Assembly: GCA_965226555.1 (NCBI GenBank) | Contig: CBDDDG010000010.1 | Location: 64,001 to 128,000, forward strand | Origin: Salinispira sp. | GTDB lineage: Bacteria; Spirochaetota; Spirochaetia; DSM-27196; Salinispiraceae | Reading direction: 5' to 3' | DNA: 64,000 nucleotides | Shown: in pieces, positions 39,987 to 49,237 of the stretch | How the letters are laid out: each line of letters begins with the position of its first letter | Position numbering within the stretch: the first letter of the stretch is position 1 | The notes under the pieces: generated by a model | Databases searched by the model: none | Told to the model about the DNA's origin: nothing | Seen by the model: the letters and a program-made list of their open reading frames with translations, nothing else | Program-made: the position numbers and the translations under genes

Positions 39987-40040
39987 AATTGCACTCCCAT
40001 GTATTGTAGATTATCGTAGATGTAGTCGCAAGCTCCACCG

Positions 40041-40090
40041 CATCATACCTCTATTCTAGCACAAAAAAACACATTTTGTGAAATAATATA
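40041..40090. repeat. 50-bp direct repeat, copy 2
   Basis: Identical to 37368..37417. Confidence 0.92.
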
Positions 40091-40279
40091 ATGGGATGAT
40101 ATTATGGGATATTAATATTGACCGAAATTTGCGGGGATCGTGGGTGGTGCACTTATGGTTGAATTCGCAAGGAATTTATCGGCGTGGTAGATTCGATGTT
40201 CGGAATTGTTATAGACTTTGACACGCTAATGAACCAGTTACAAAGAACAAAAGAACCGAGAGGTAAGGAGGTAGCAAAA

Positions 40280-40624
40280 ATGTTCAGAATGAATGCGGAA
40301 ACATTCAAAGCGCGCATTGCGGAGATGGGACGACAGGAAGGACTTCAGACAGGACGACAGGAAGGATTGCAGACAGGACGACAGGAAGGATTGCAGACAG
40401 GACGACAGGAAGGATTGCAAGAAGGACTTCAGACAGGTCGGCAGGAAGGATTGCAGACAGGACTTCAGACAGGTCGGCAGGAAGGCCGCGCTGAGGGGCA
40501 TATTGAGGAGCGGAGAAAAAACGCCCGCAGTATGTTTTCCAAAGGATTTTCAGCCCATGACATTCAGGATGTTACCGGGCTGAGCGATGAGGAAATGCGG
40601 ACAGTGCGGAACGGATCGCATTAA
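40280..40624 (+). CDS. Orphan small Rpn C-terminal protein (RpnS-like)
   Basis: Only the last about 450 bp of an rpn gene is present (from about 40170); it retains the TAAGGAGGT SD and ATG 40280 (MFRMNAETF). Confidence 0.8.
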   Translation: MFRMNAETFKARIAEMGRQEGLQTGRQEGLQTGRQEGLQTGRQEGLQEGLQTGRQEGLQTGLQTGRQEGRAEGHIEERRKNARSMFSKGFSAHDIQDVTGLSDEEMRTVRNGSH

Positions 40625-40799
40625 TTGACGTTGCTCGGCCTGCTCGCCCAAGCAACCGGCTCGCCCATGCGTCTGGATCAGGTCAATATCTCAAAATAAT
40701 AAAACAAAGTTTTGCTACTGAAAATTGCCCAAGGCACAACTTTATCAATGCGAAAGTTTAGATATTGAAAAAAAACGAAGAACTGGATACTATCCGCCT

Positions 40800-42089
40800 A
40801 TGAGTCAATACATTATACGCGGCGGAAAAAAACTCCATGGGAATGTGAAAATCAGCGGAAACAAAAATGCCGCTCTTCCCTGTATCGCAGCCGCGATTCT
40901 CAGCGATGAACCAGTTATCCTGCGGAATGTTCCCCACATTGAAGATGTATTCGTTCTTACGGAAATACTCAGAAGCCTTGGCGGAAGGGTTCACAGCGAA
41001 CCTTCCCGCGGGGAAATGCATATTCACATGCCTACAATCAAAAAACACGAGATTGACCGAAATCTCTCTGAAAAAATCCGGGCCTCCGTACTCCTTGCTG
41101 GCCCCATGCTGGCCCGCAGCGGGAAAATTATTCTCCCTCCGCCCGGAGGCGACATTATCGGCCGCCGCCGGCTCGATTCACACTTCCAAGCCCTCCGCGG
41201 ACTTGGCGCAGATGTAACAATAGACGAAAATGATGAGCACTTCATATTTCAAACCGATGATCTCCATGGCGAAGATATTTTTCTGGATGAGGCATCGGTA
41301 ACCGCAACAGAAAATGCCATTATGGCAGCAGCTCTGGCAGAAGGAAGCACCATACTGAGAAATGCGGCATCCGAACCCCATGTGCAGGACCTCTGTACCA
41401 TGATCAATAGTATGGGGGGAGATATCAGCGGAATCGGAAGTAACATTCTCACTATCAGAGGTGTGAAAAAACTTCACGGAACAGAATTTACTATTGGTTC
41501 CGATTATATGGAGATCGGCTCCTACATTGGTCTTGCGGCAGTAACCGGAAGCGCGCTGCGTATCAATAACATTGAACCCCGGCATTTACGCATGATATCG
41601 ATGGGTTTTGCAAAGCTCGGCATTGGCTGGGAAACCGATCATAGCAGTATGTATGTACCCGACACGCAACTCATGAAGGTACAGCCCGACTCCGGCGGCG
41701 CAGTCTCAAAAATTGATGACGCCCCCTGGCCGGGATTTCCGCCAGATCTGCTCAGTATCATCCTTACCGTTGCCACTCAGGTCAGCGGAACTATTCTGAT
41801 CCATGAAAAAATGTATGAAAGCCGAATGTTCTTTGTGGATAAGCTCATACATATGGGCGCTCACATTGTTCTCTGCGACCCGCATCGGGCTGTTGTGAGC
41901 GGAGCGAGTCCGCTGCAGGGAACCCGCTTAGTCAGTCCCGATGTACGCGCGGGGATGGCCCTTGTTATTGCAGCCTTAGCGGCACGGGGAGAAAGCCGTA
42001 TCCAGAACATCTATCAAATTGAACGGGGCTATGAGAACCCCGTCGAAAAGCTCAGAAACATTGGAGCAGATATTCAGAAAACGGATTGA
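40800..42089 (+). CDS. murA: UDP-N-acetylglucosamine 1-carboxyvinyltransferase
   Basis: SGNKNAALP, RAS.LLAGP, PPPGGDIIGRRRLD and IERGYE motifs. Asp occupies the catalytic Cys position, a variant known to be fosfomycin-insensitive. Confidence 0.95.
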   Translation: MSQYIIRGGKKLHGNVKISGNKNAALPCIAAAILSDEPVILRNVPHIEDVFVLTEILRSLGGRVHSEPSRGEMHIHMPTIKKHEIDRNLSEKIRASVLLAGPMLARSGKIILPPPGGDIIGRRRLDSHFQALRGLGADVTIDENDEHFIFQTDDLHGEDIFLDEASVTATENAIMAAALAEGSTILRNAASEPHVQDLCTMINSMGGDISGIGSNILTIRGVKKLHGTEFTIGSDYMEIGSYIGLAAVTGSALRINNIEPRHLRMISMGFAKLGIGWETDHSSMYVPDTQLMKVQPDSGGAVSKIDDAPWPGFPPDLLSIILTVATQVSGTILIHEKMYESRMFFVDKLIHMGAHIVLCDPHRAVVSGASPLQGTRLVSPDVRAGMALVIAALAARGESRIQNIYQIERGYENPVEKLRNIGADIQKTD

Positions 42090-42139
42090 CCAGCAAAAAA
42101 TCTGAAAAAAAACCGGCGCCGATTACTGCATTAGCAGCA

Positions 42140-43111
42140 TTAGCAGCTATGGAAAATGCGATCCACCTCTTCGGCTGGAGGAATACTGGCAGTAGCCCCC
42201 GAGCGAGTAACCGCAATGGCACCGGCAATGCAGGCCCGTCGTAACCCTTCCCGGGCCGACAGTCCGCGTACTTCACCAGCCAGCCAGTAACCCATGAAGC
42301 TGTCACCTGCTCCGGTCGTATCCACTACGTCCTCAAGAGCGGGAAAACACGAGCGTACCATGCCTGAGTCATCGGCTCGAATGGCGCCGCGTTCGCCAAG
42401 GGTCATAATTACAACAACCCCAGGATATCGCAAGCGAAGCTCAGCGACAACCTCCTCATCACCCCTTTGGTCGACCTCAGGGTCGGCAGCGCCTGTGGGC
42501 TTATGGTCGGCAGCGCCTGCCGTGCGCAGAGGAATTCCCGCCAGCTCATGTCCTTCGATCTCATTTACCACAAGCCAGGAAAGTTTTTCGAGGGGACAGT
42601 TCACAATTTCGGGCGTCATAGGGGCGGGATTCATGGCCAGACGCAGACCGGCATCGGCTGCATCGCTCATGAGTTCAGGCAGGAGATTAATCTCATTCTG
42701 CAACAGGAGAATATCTCCAGCCCGGGCAACCGCAAGCAAACGGTCAATATCTGCCCGCCCCCAGGTTCTGTTGGCTCCACCGAAGAGAACAATGGCATTT
42801 TCCCCGTCATCTGCCACCTGAATAATGGCATGTCCGGTTGGCTCATCTGCCACGACAATGCCTGAAACATCGACTCCATCTGCCTCCAAGCCCTGTTTGA
42901 GAAACATGCCATCTTCACCAATGCGGCCGAAATGGCACACCCTCACCCCGGCGCGGGTCAGCGCAGTCGTCTGATTAAGCCCCTTCCCGCCAGCATAGCG
43001 GACAAGGGATCGGCTGGGAAGGGTTTCTCCCGCACGGACAATATGACTGGTACGGAACACATCGTCAATATTCAGGGAACCGGCATTATAAATGGTCGGC
43101 ATTCGAGACAT
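42140..43111 (-). CDS. rbsK: Ribokinase
   Basis: GSLNID, GGKGLNQ, LLQNEI, VVNEIE and DTTGAGDSF motifs. Confidence 0.9.
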   Translation of the reverse strand: MSRMPTIYNAGSLNIDDVFRTSHIVRAGETLPSRSLVRYAGGKGLNQTTALTRAGVRVCHFGRIGEDGMFLKQGLEADGVDVSGIVVADEPTGHAIIQVADDGENAIVLFGGANRTWGRADIDRLLAVARAGDILLLQNEINLLPELMSDAADAGLRLAMNPAPMTPEIVNCPLEKLSWLVVNEIEGHELAGIPLRTAGAADHKPTGAADPEVDQRGDEEVVAELRLRYPGVVVIMTLGERGAIRADDSGMVRSCFPALEDVVDTTGAGDSFMGYWLAGEVRGLSAREGLRRACIAGAIAVTRSGATASIPPAEEVDRIFHSC

Positions 43112-44141
43112 CGTGTTTCTCCTCACGGGCAATTGATACCTCAGCAGCAGTTCGAGCGTCAGCAGTTCGAGATCGGCGTGAATTGATATCTATCATAACA
43201 GCAATTATCAGAATGAGACCGTTTATTACCTGCTGCAGGTACGATTGAATTTTCAGATAGTTCAATGCGTTACCAATAACTCCCACAATCAGAGCGCCGA
43301 CAAGAGGCGCCCCGGCATGCCCGGACCCTCCCATAAGGGAAACCCTGCCCAAAACGACGGCAGCAATGGCATCCAGTTCCAGACCCACCCCCGCAGTCGG
43401 CTGAGCCGACCAGAGTCTGGCAGTGAGCAAAATACCGGCAAAGGCTGCCGTAATGCCGCTTATGACATAGACCATAACGGTAACTTTTCCCACTGAAATG
43501 CCAGCGAGGCGGGCAGTGTCCGCATTTCCCCCCACGGCATACACATTATGTCCGAAGCGCGTCTGTGTAAGGAGGAAGTGCATGAAACAGGCAATCACAA
43601 TCAGAAACACAATTGGGAGGGGGATGGCTGTTCCTCCACCGAGTATGCGATAACCCTCGGGCAATCCGGATATCGCCCTCCCCTCAGTATAGACAAGGGT
43701 CAACCCTCTTCCAACCGCCAGCATTGTAAGCGATGCGACAAAGGGCGGCAATTTCCCCCCCACCACGAGTAATCCAATTACCAGACCAACTCCTGCGCCA
43801 ATGAGTAATGCAGCCGCAACTGCCGCCCCGCTTGTCCAGCCTCCCCGCGCAATAAGCCCCGCAGAAACAGTTCCCGCAAGCGCCGCAGTGGATCCCACCG
43901 AAAGGTCAATTCCTCCCGTCAAAATGGGCAGAGTCAGACCCAGCGCAACAATAGCAGTAATAGATGACTGCAGCACAATGTTTGTTACATTCCGCATGGT
44001 AAAAAAACGGGGCGCCCTCAGCCCGAGAACAATGAGAAACAGCAGAATAACCAAAACAAGGACACAAATTCGCAGCCAGTCATACCCGCGCCTGCTCGGC
44101 TTGCTACGCGTATCAAGTCCGCTGTGCCTGCCCGGCTTCAC
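43086..44141 (-). CDS. rbsC: Ribose ABC transporter permease
   Basis: GGIDLSVGS, PPFVASL, TRFGH.VYAVGGN and ELDAIAAVVLG motifs. Confidence 0.85.
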   Translation of the reverse strand: MKPGRHSGLDTRSKPSRRGYDWLRICVLVLVILLFLIVLGLRAPRFFTMRNVTNIVLQSSITAIVALGLTLPILTGGIDLSVGSTAALAGTVSAGLIARGGWTSGAAVAAALLIGAGVGLVIGLLVVGGKLPPFVASLTMLAVGRGLTLVYTEGRAISGLPEGYRILGGGTAIPLPIVFLIVIACFMHFLLTQTRFGHNVYAVGGNADTARLAGISVGKVTVMVYVISGITAAFAGILLTARLWSAQPTAGVGLELDAIAAVVLGRVSLMGGSGHAGAPLVGALIVGVIGNALNYLKIQSYLQQVINGLILIIAVMIDINSRRSRTADARTAAEVSIAREEKHDVSNADHL

Positions 44142-45649
44142 AATGCCTCCCCCGCGCCCGCTGCACACTGCATAATTTTATCCTGAGTCGCATGTTCGCG
44201 GTCAAACTCCCCGACTAATGCCCCATCGCGAATAACCAGAATCCTGTCACTCATACCCAGAACCTCGGGCAATTCCGAAGAAATAACAATTATCCCAACC
44301 CCCCGCGCTGCCAACTGATCAATGAGGGAATAAATTTCCGCCTTCGCCCCAACATCAATACCCCGGGTCGGCTCATCAAGAACAAGAATCCGGGGGTCGA
44401 GCGAAAGACATTTTGCAATGACCACCTTCTGCTGATTTCCGCCAGAGAGGTTTCGGATTTTGCGGAATCCATCCGGCGGTTTAACATTCAAACGCCTAAT
44501 GAGCTCACCTGCCGCATCTTTTACCCTGCGAAAATTAATAAAACCCCACCGGCTGAGCTGCCGGAGAACATTCACCACAACATTTGCCCGCACCGAAATA
44601 TCAAGAAATAAACCCTGCTCCTTCCGATCTTCAGGAACATACACCAGCCCCATGGCCATAGCCCTGCGAACATTCCATGTACGATGCCCCGAACTGCGAA
44701 CACGCGTACCATCAATAACAATCCCGCCGCCTGCAATCGGTTCCAAACCACAGAGAGCCTGAGCAAACTCCGTACGTCCTGCTCCCACCAGCCCGGAAAT
44801 GCCTAACACCTCCCCCGCATTCAGAGTCAGCGACACATTCCTGAAGCCCTGCCCCGACAGCCCTGCCGCCTCCAGGAGTACTGCCTCCGAAGGTTCCGCA
44901 TCCTTCACATACATATCGCTGAGCTCCCGCCCAACCATCATCCGCACCACCTCCTTCGGAGTAACTTCGCCCGTCGGGAGGGTGCGAATAAACTTTCCGT
45001 CCCGAAGAACGGTAATGCGGTCTGCAATTTCAAAAACCTCTTCCAATCGGTGCGATATATAAATGAGTGCAATGTTCTGTTTTCGCAGACTGCGCATCAT
45101 GTTCAGGAGAATTCTGCTCTCGGTTTCGGTGAGCGATGATGTCGGCTCATCCAGAATAAGGACTTCAGCCTTGAGTGAAAGCGCCTTGGCAATTTCCACC
45201 ATCTGTCGGAGAGCAATAGGAAGCGATGAAACAAGAAGTGATGGATCAAGAGATATTCCCAGCGTAGTCAGATGACCGCGGGCAATTTCGGTCATGGCTC
45301 TCCGATCGATCAATCCGAACCGGTTCTGCGGTTCCCGCCCCAGAAGAACATTCTGGGCAATACTTCGGTCAGGAAGCAGGGTAAGTTCCTGATAAATCAT
45401 ACCAATGCCGATCTGCTGCGCCCGCCTCGGTGTTCCAAGCCGTTCCGGTTTGCCCCTAACCATGATCTCACCCGCATCTCTCACATAATCGCCGGAGAGA
45501 ATTTTCATTAAGGTAGATTTGCCCGCTCCATTTTCCCCGACAATCGCATGAATATCGCCCGGAAAAAACGACAGACTAATAGTATCCAGAGCCCGGACAT
45601 GAAAAAAACTCTTGCTGATCCCCTTCAGGGAAATAATTGGCTGATCCAT
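44138..45649 (-). CDS. rbsA: Ribose ABC transporter ATP-binding protein
   Basis: GENGAGKSTLMK, LSGGNQQK and DEPTRGIDVGAK; double ABC domain. Confidence 0.88.
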   Translation of the reverse strand: MDQPIISLKGISKSFFHVRALDTISLSFFPGDIHAIVGENGAGKSTLMKILSGDYVRDAGEIMVRGKPERLGTPRRAQQIGIGMIYQELTLLPDRSIAQNVLLGREPQNRFGLIDRRAMTEIARGHLTTLGISLDPSLLVSSLPIALRQMVEIAKALSLKAEVLILDEPTSSLTETESRILLNMMRSLRKQNIALIYISHRLEEVFEIADRITVLRDGKFIRTLPTGEVTPKEVVRMMVGRELSDMYVKDAEPSEAVLLEAAGLSGQGFRNVSLTLNAGEVLGISGLVGAGRTEFAQALCGLEPIAGGGIVIDGTRVRSSGHRTWNVRRAMAMGLVYVPEDRKEQGLFLDISVRANVVVNVLRQLSRWGFINFRRVKDAAGELIRRLNVKPPDGFRKIRNLSGGNQQKVVIAKCLSLDPRILVLDEPTRGIDVGAKAEIYSLIDQLAARGVGIIVISSELPEVLGMSDRILVIRDGALVGEFDREHATQDKIMQCAAGAGEAL

Positions 45650-45774
45650 TCTGATTATTTTTGACAATTCTGATATCTGATATTTCTGAATTATTAGTAA
45701 GGCGTCAGATGTATAAGCCAACCGAACATAAGCTCAGTTGCCACATATCATCTGACACAGATTAAAGAGTGACT

Positions 45775-46662
45775 CTACTGCACAAGAGCAAGATCGACAG
45801 GGATATTCGCTGAAACAGACTCTCCCATCAGATACTTGTACGCACTTTCAACACCTAGGCTTCCAATAAGAGCCGGCTGCTGGGCAACGGTCGCAGCAAG
45901 AGTACCACTGCTAACGGCAGCAACAGCATCATCAACAGCATCAAAACCGACAAACACAATACCTTCACGCCCTGCAGCCCGCGCTGCCTCAATGGCGCCA
46001 AGGATCATTTCATCGTTATGCGCAAATACGCCATTAATTGTCGGCTGCGCCTGAAGAATGTTCTCAAAAACAGTCAGACCCTCTGCCCTGTTAAAGTTTG
46101 CAGTCTGGCGGGCAACAACTTCAACACCCGATGCAGCACCAACAACCTCATTGAAACCCGCACCACGATCGCGTGCAGCCGAAGTGCCAGCAATACCTTC
46201 AAGTTCTACAACCATACCGGAACCGCCAATGGCATCGAGCAGAAACTCCGCAGCCATTTTCCCGCCGGCAACATTATCCGATGCCACATGGGCAATTACA
46301 TCGCCGCCGTTTGCGCCCCGGTCAATAGTAAACACCGGAATACCAGCAGCATTTGCCTTCTGAATACTGGGGACAATAGCATCGCCATCGGTAGGATTTA
46401 CCAGAATGGCATCGACACCCTGTTGAATAAGATCTTCCATATTCACAGCTTCCTGCGATGGATTATCCTGAGAATCCACAACGATCAGAGTAACTCCGAG
46501 TTCATCGGCCTTCTCCTGAGCGCCATCTTGCAAAGCAACAAAGAATGGATTATTCAAAGTGGAAAGCGACAGTCCATAGACAGCACCATCTTCTCCCCCT
46601 CCGCCAGCAAACAAAGACCCTGTAATCAGGATCACCATCAATAAAATGAATAATTTTCGCAT
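45775..46662 (-). CDS. rbsB: Ribose ABC transporter substrate-binding protein
   Basis: STLNNPFF, ASDNVAGG, GIAGTSAARDRG.GF and FAHNDEM motifs. Confidence 0.92.
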   Translation of the reverse strand: MRKLFILLMVILITGSLFAGGGGEDGAVYGLSLSTLNNPFFVALQDGAQEKADELGVTLIVVDSQDNPSQEAVNMEDLIQQGVDAILVNPTDGDAIVPSIQKANAAGIPVFTIDRGANGGDVIAHVASDNVAGGKMAAEFLLDAIGGSGMVVELEGIAGTSAARDRGAGFNEVVGAASGVEVVARQTANFNRAEGLTVFENILQAQPTINGVFAHNDEMILGAIEAARAAGREGIVFVGFDAVDDAVAAVSSGTLAATVAQQPALIGSLGVESAYKYLMGESVSANIPVDLALVQ

Positions 46663-46685
46663 AATACCTCCAAAAATTATTTATG

Positions 46686-46838
46686 AAACTTTTGCATACA
46701 TAACGTTTTGCCAGAGGCAAAATTTTCAGCAGCAAACGTTTCCGATCGGGAATGCTTTCTATATATTTGCATTCTCAATTTTATAGAAAGTTTTGCTCCT
46801 GGAAATTGCGCACGCACAATTTTCCAATGCAAAACTTT
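46686..46838. repeat. Composite palindromic element upstream of rbsB
   Basis: Short-type arms, CATTCTCAATTTTATAG linker, long palindrome 46787..46838. Confidence 0.8.
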
Positions 46839-46899
46839 ACCTATTTATCCTACCTTAGCATATTTTGTATTTTCATACAAGAGAAAGATCATATATATT

Positions 46900-46926
46900 T
46901 GGGATATAAACCTTTGGACTGACCCC
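46900..46926 (+). mobile_element. Solo IS terminal inverted repeat
   Basis: TGGGATATAAACCTTTGGACTGACCCC matches the reverse complement of IS end 63125..63151 at 26/27 positions. Confidence 0.8.
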
Positions 46927-47117
46927 TTCCCGTCCACTAACCCGCATTCCCGAGCCCTCCCCTCCCGTAGCCCTGAAAAAAATTCACACATTTTGCAAAA
47001 TTCTTTCCACATACACAGTCAAAAATGACAGTTTACCCGTCACAGATTATAGAGGGGAGAATTCACCATGGGACCATGTCGCCATGGGAGCTCCCCTATT
47101 CAGAAAAAAACGTTCAG

Positions 47118-47241
47118 AAACTTTTGCATTGGAAAATTGTGCTTGCACAATTTCCAGTAGCAAAAGTTTCAGATTCGGAATGCTTTGTATGTGCTTAGCA
47201 TTCTTCTATTTTATAGAAAGTTTTGCATTTTGCAAAACTTT
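47118..47241. repeat. Composite palindromic element upstream of rpn copy 2
   Basis: Long palindrome, linker, short palindrome AAAGTTTTGCATTTTGCAAAACTTT. Confidence 0.85.
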
Positions 47242-47257
47242 CATTCAGGAGGATTGT

Positions 47258-48346
47258 ATGATCGATTTCAAAGAAAAACCCGCCCCCGTTCCCTACGACC
47301 AAGGATACCGCTCCCTGCTGTTCCAACCCGCAATAATGCTCCAATTTCTTCAACGCTTTGTCGGAGGCGCATGGACGAAAAAATTGCGAACCGAGGACAT
47401 AACCATTGAAAACGGTACCTTTTTCATTGACCATGCGAAAACACGGATGGCCGACATTGTCTGCAAAATCAGGAGTCGGGATCACACGGGAGATGTTGCT
47501 ATCTATGTGCTCCTTGAGCATCAGTCTGGAGTGGACAAAGACATGCCCTTCCGCATGTTGGAGTACACAAACCTTCTCTGCCGGAACATTCGCAGCTCCG
47601 GCACAATTCCCGATGACTGCGAGGTGGTATTTCTGCCCATTGTGTTCTATAATGGTACGCGAAAATGGAAGGTGCCCGGGAACGTCAGAGAGCAACGGAA
47701 TCGGGAATTCCCGCAGTATCTTGCACCTTTTCCCTACGATCTTATTAGCGAGAACGATTATTCTGCGGAGCAGCTGCAGCAGCGGGGAAGAATGTTTGCG
47801 GCTGTTATGTACCTTGATCTGTACTCGAAAAATCTACTGAATACGGATTGGGACATTCAGAAGGTGGAGAAAGCGATAGCAGAAATGCTGAATGAGGAAT
47901 CGCTGGAGCTGATAAAGGAATTTATTGGCGTGGTAGATTCGATGTTTGGAATTGTTATAGACTTTGACACGCTAATGAACCAGTTAGAAAGAACAAAAGA
48001 ACCGAGAGGTAAGGAGGTAGCGAAAATGTTCAGAATGAATGCGGAAACATTCAAAGCGCGCATTGCGGAGATGGGTCGGCAGGAAGGACTGCAGACAGGT
48101 CGGCAGGAAGGACTTCAGACAGGATTGCAAACAGGTCGGCAGGAAGGACTTCAGACAGGATTGCAAACAGGTCGACAGGAAGGTCGGCAGGAAGGACTAC
48201 GGACAGGCCGCGCTGAGGGGCATATTGAGGAGCGGAGAAAAAACGCCCGCAGTATGTTTTTGGAAGGCTTGTCGACAGAGACTGTTCAGAGAATTACCGG
48301 GCTGAGCGATGAGGAAATGCGGACATTGCGGAACGGATCGCATTAA
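47258..48346 (+). CDS. Rpn-family nuclease/putative transposase, full length (paralog of 11597..12781)
   Basis: Near-identical protein with a shorter C-terminal repeat tract. Confidence 0.92.
   Translation: MIDFKEKPAPVPYDQGYRSLLFQPAIMLQFLQRFVGGAWTKKLRTEDITIENGTFFIDHAKTRMADIVCKIRSRDHTGDVAIYVLLEHQSGVDKDMPFRMLEYTNLLCRNIRSSGTIPDDCEVVFLPIVFYNGTRKWKVPGNVREQRNREFPQYLAPFPYDLISENDYSAEQLQQRGRMFAAVMYLDLYSKNLLNTDWDIQKVEKAIAEMLNEESLELIKEFIGVVDSMFGIVIDFDTLMNQLERTKEPRGKEVAKMFRMNAETFKARIAEMGRQEGLQTGRQEGLQTGLQTGRQEGLQTGLQTGRQEGRQEGLRTGRAEGHIEERRKNARSMFLEGLSTETVQRITGLSDEEMRTLRNGSH
48026..48346 (+). CDS. Nested in-frame small ORF (RpnS-like)
   Basis: TAAGGAGGT at 48010..48018; in-frame ATG 48026. Confidence 0.7.
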   Translation: MFRMNAETFKARIAEMGRQEGLQTGRQEGLQTGLQTGRQEGLQTGLQTGRQEGRQEGLRTGRAEGHIEERRKNARSMFLEGLSTETVQRITGLSDEEMRTLRNGSH

Positions 48347-48457
48347 GTTGGAACCGCTCGGCCTGCGCGCAGAGCGGATAATATCAACATCTGGATCAAC
48401 CTCACATACCAGTTCCTTCAGGGTATACTTAGACATTCTGGGACTTCATACCTCACC

Positions 48458-49237
48458 TCACCTCACCATAAGTATGACACCCGATAGGATTATGATTGCA
48501 AGAATGGTATAGCGCAGAACATTGCGGGGAACCTTTGTTACGAGGGCAGATCCCAGATATGATCCGAGAATTACACCGGGGAGCAGGGAGAGAAACACCG
48601 TACGATTGTAATTCTGCGCCTGAAAATGGGCAAAACCAGCGAGCAGGAGGGCGAGAAAACCCACAAGCGACGTTGTTCCAACGGCCACTTCACTTTCAAG
48701 CCGAAAAATGAGAAGGAAGGCAATAATTGTGAGGAGGCCGGTTATTCCGGTAACCCCAATTACTGCGCCGAGAATGCCGCCCGCAACGGGAAGAAGATAC
48801 TGCGGTGTTTTTTTATCTGCTTCAGATGCAACGGGCTGTCCGGGCTGTTCAAGCTGTCCGTTCTTTTCCTTATCTAATTTCCGGTATCGATATATCAGCA
48901 GAGGAATGGAAATGAAAATGGCGGCGGCAATAATATACTTGAGCTCAATGATACTGTGAATTGCCAAGGCATGCCGAGCAGTAAAATAGGCCGCGGGGAG
49001 GGCGGTGAGTGAAAAGAGCGCAGCCGATTTCCAGTCGATATTTCCTGCCCGCGCATGCCGTAGTACACTGGTTGCCCTCATGGGAATTGCCGCCAAGCTT
49101 ATTGTACCGACCGCAATAACAGGATCCATGCCAAAAAGAACTATCAGCCCCGGTCCGCCCAGAATGCCTGTTCCAATTGCGGTAAAGCCCACGCATACCC
49201 CAACAATGAAGCCCCATATGAGAACTTCAATTATCAT
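48458..49237 (-). CDS. TauE/SafE (TSUP) family membrane protein, putative sulfite exporter
   Basis: Two GxxxGxxGIG-like repeats and two AVGT motifs; about 8 transmembrane segments. Confidence 0.85.
   Translation of the reverse strand: MIIEVLIWGFIVGVCVGFTAIGTGILGGPGLIVLFGMDPVIAVGTISLAAIPMRATSVLRHARAGNIDWKSAALFSLTALPAAYFTARHALAIHSIIELKYIIAAAIFISIPLLIYRYRKLDKEKNGQLEQPGQPVASEADKKTPQYLLPVAGGILGAVIGVTGITGLLTIIAFLLIFRLESEVAVGTTSLVGFLALLLAGFAHFQAQNYNRTVFLSLLPGVILGSYLGSALVTKVPRNVLRYTILAIIILSGVILMVR

Noticed and set aside
11597..48346. Diversity-generating retroelement acting on the rpn or Fn3 paralogs
   Set aside because: In the rpn patch I compared base by base, differences are not adenine-specific; no reverse transcriptase is in the window.
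48197..48436. 79-aa ORF downstream of the TauE-like gene
   Set aside because: About two thirds is antisense rpn sequence; at best a short remnant truncated by the rpn copy, and no function is supportable.
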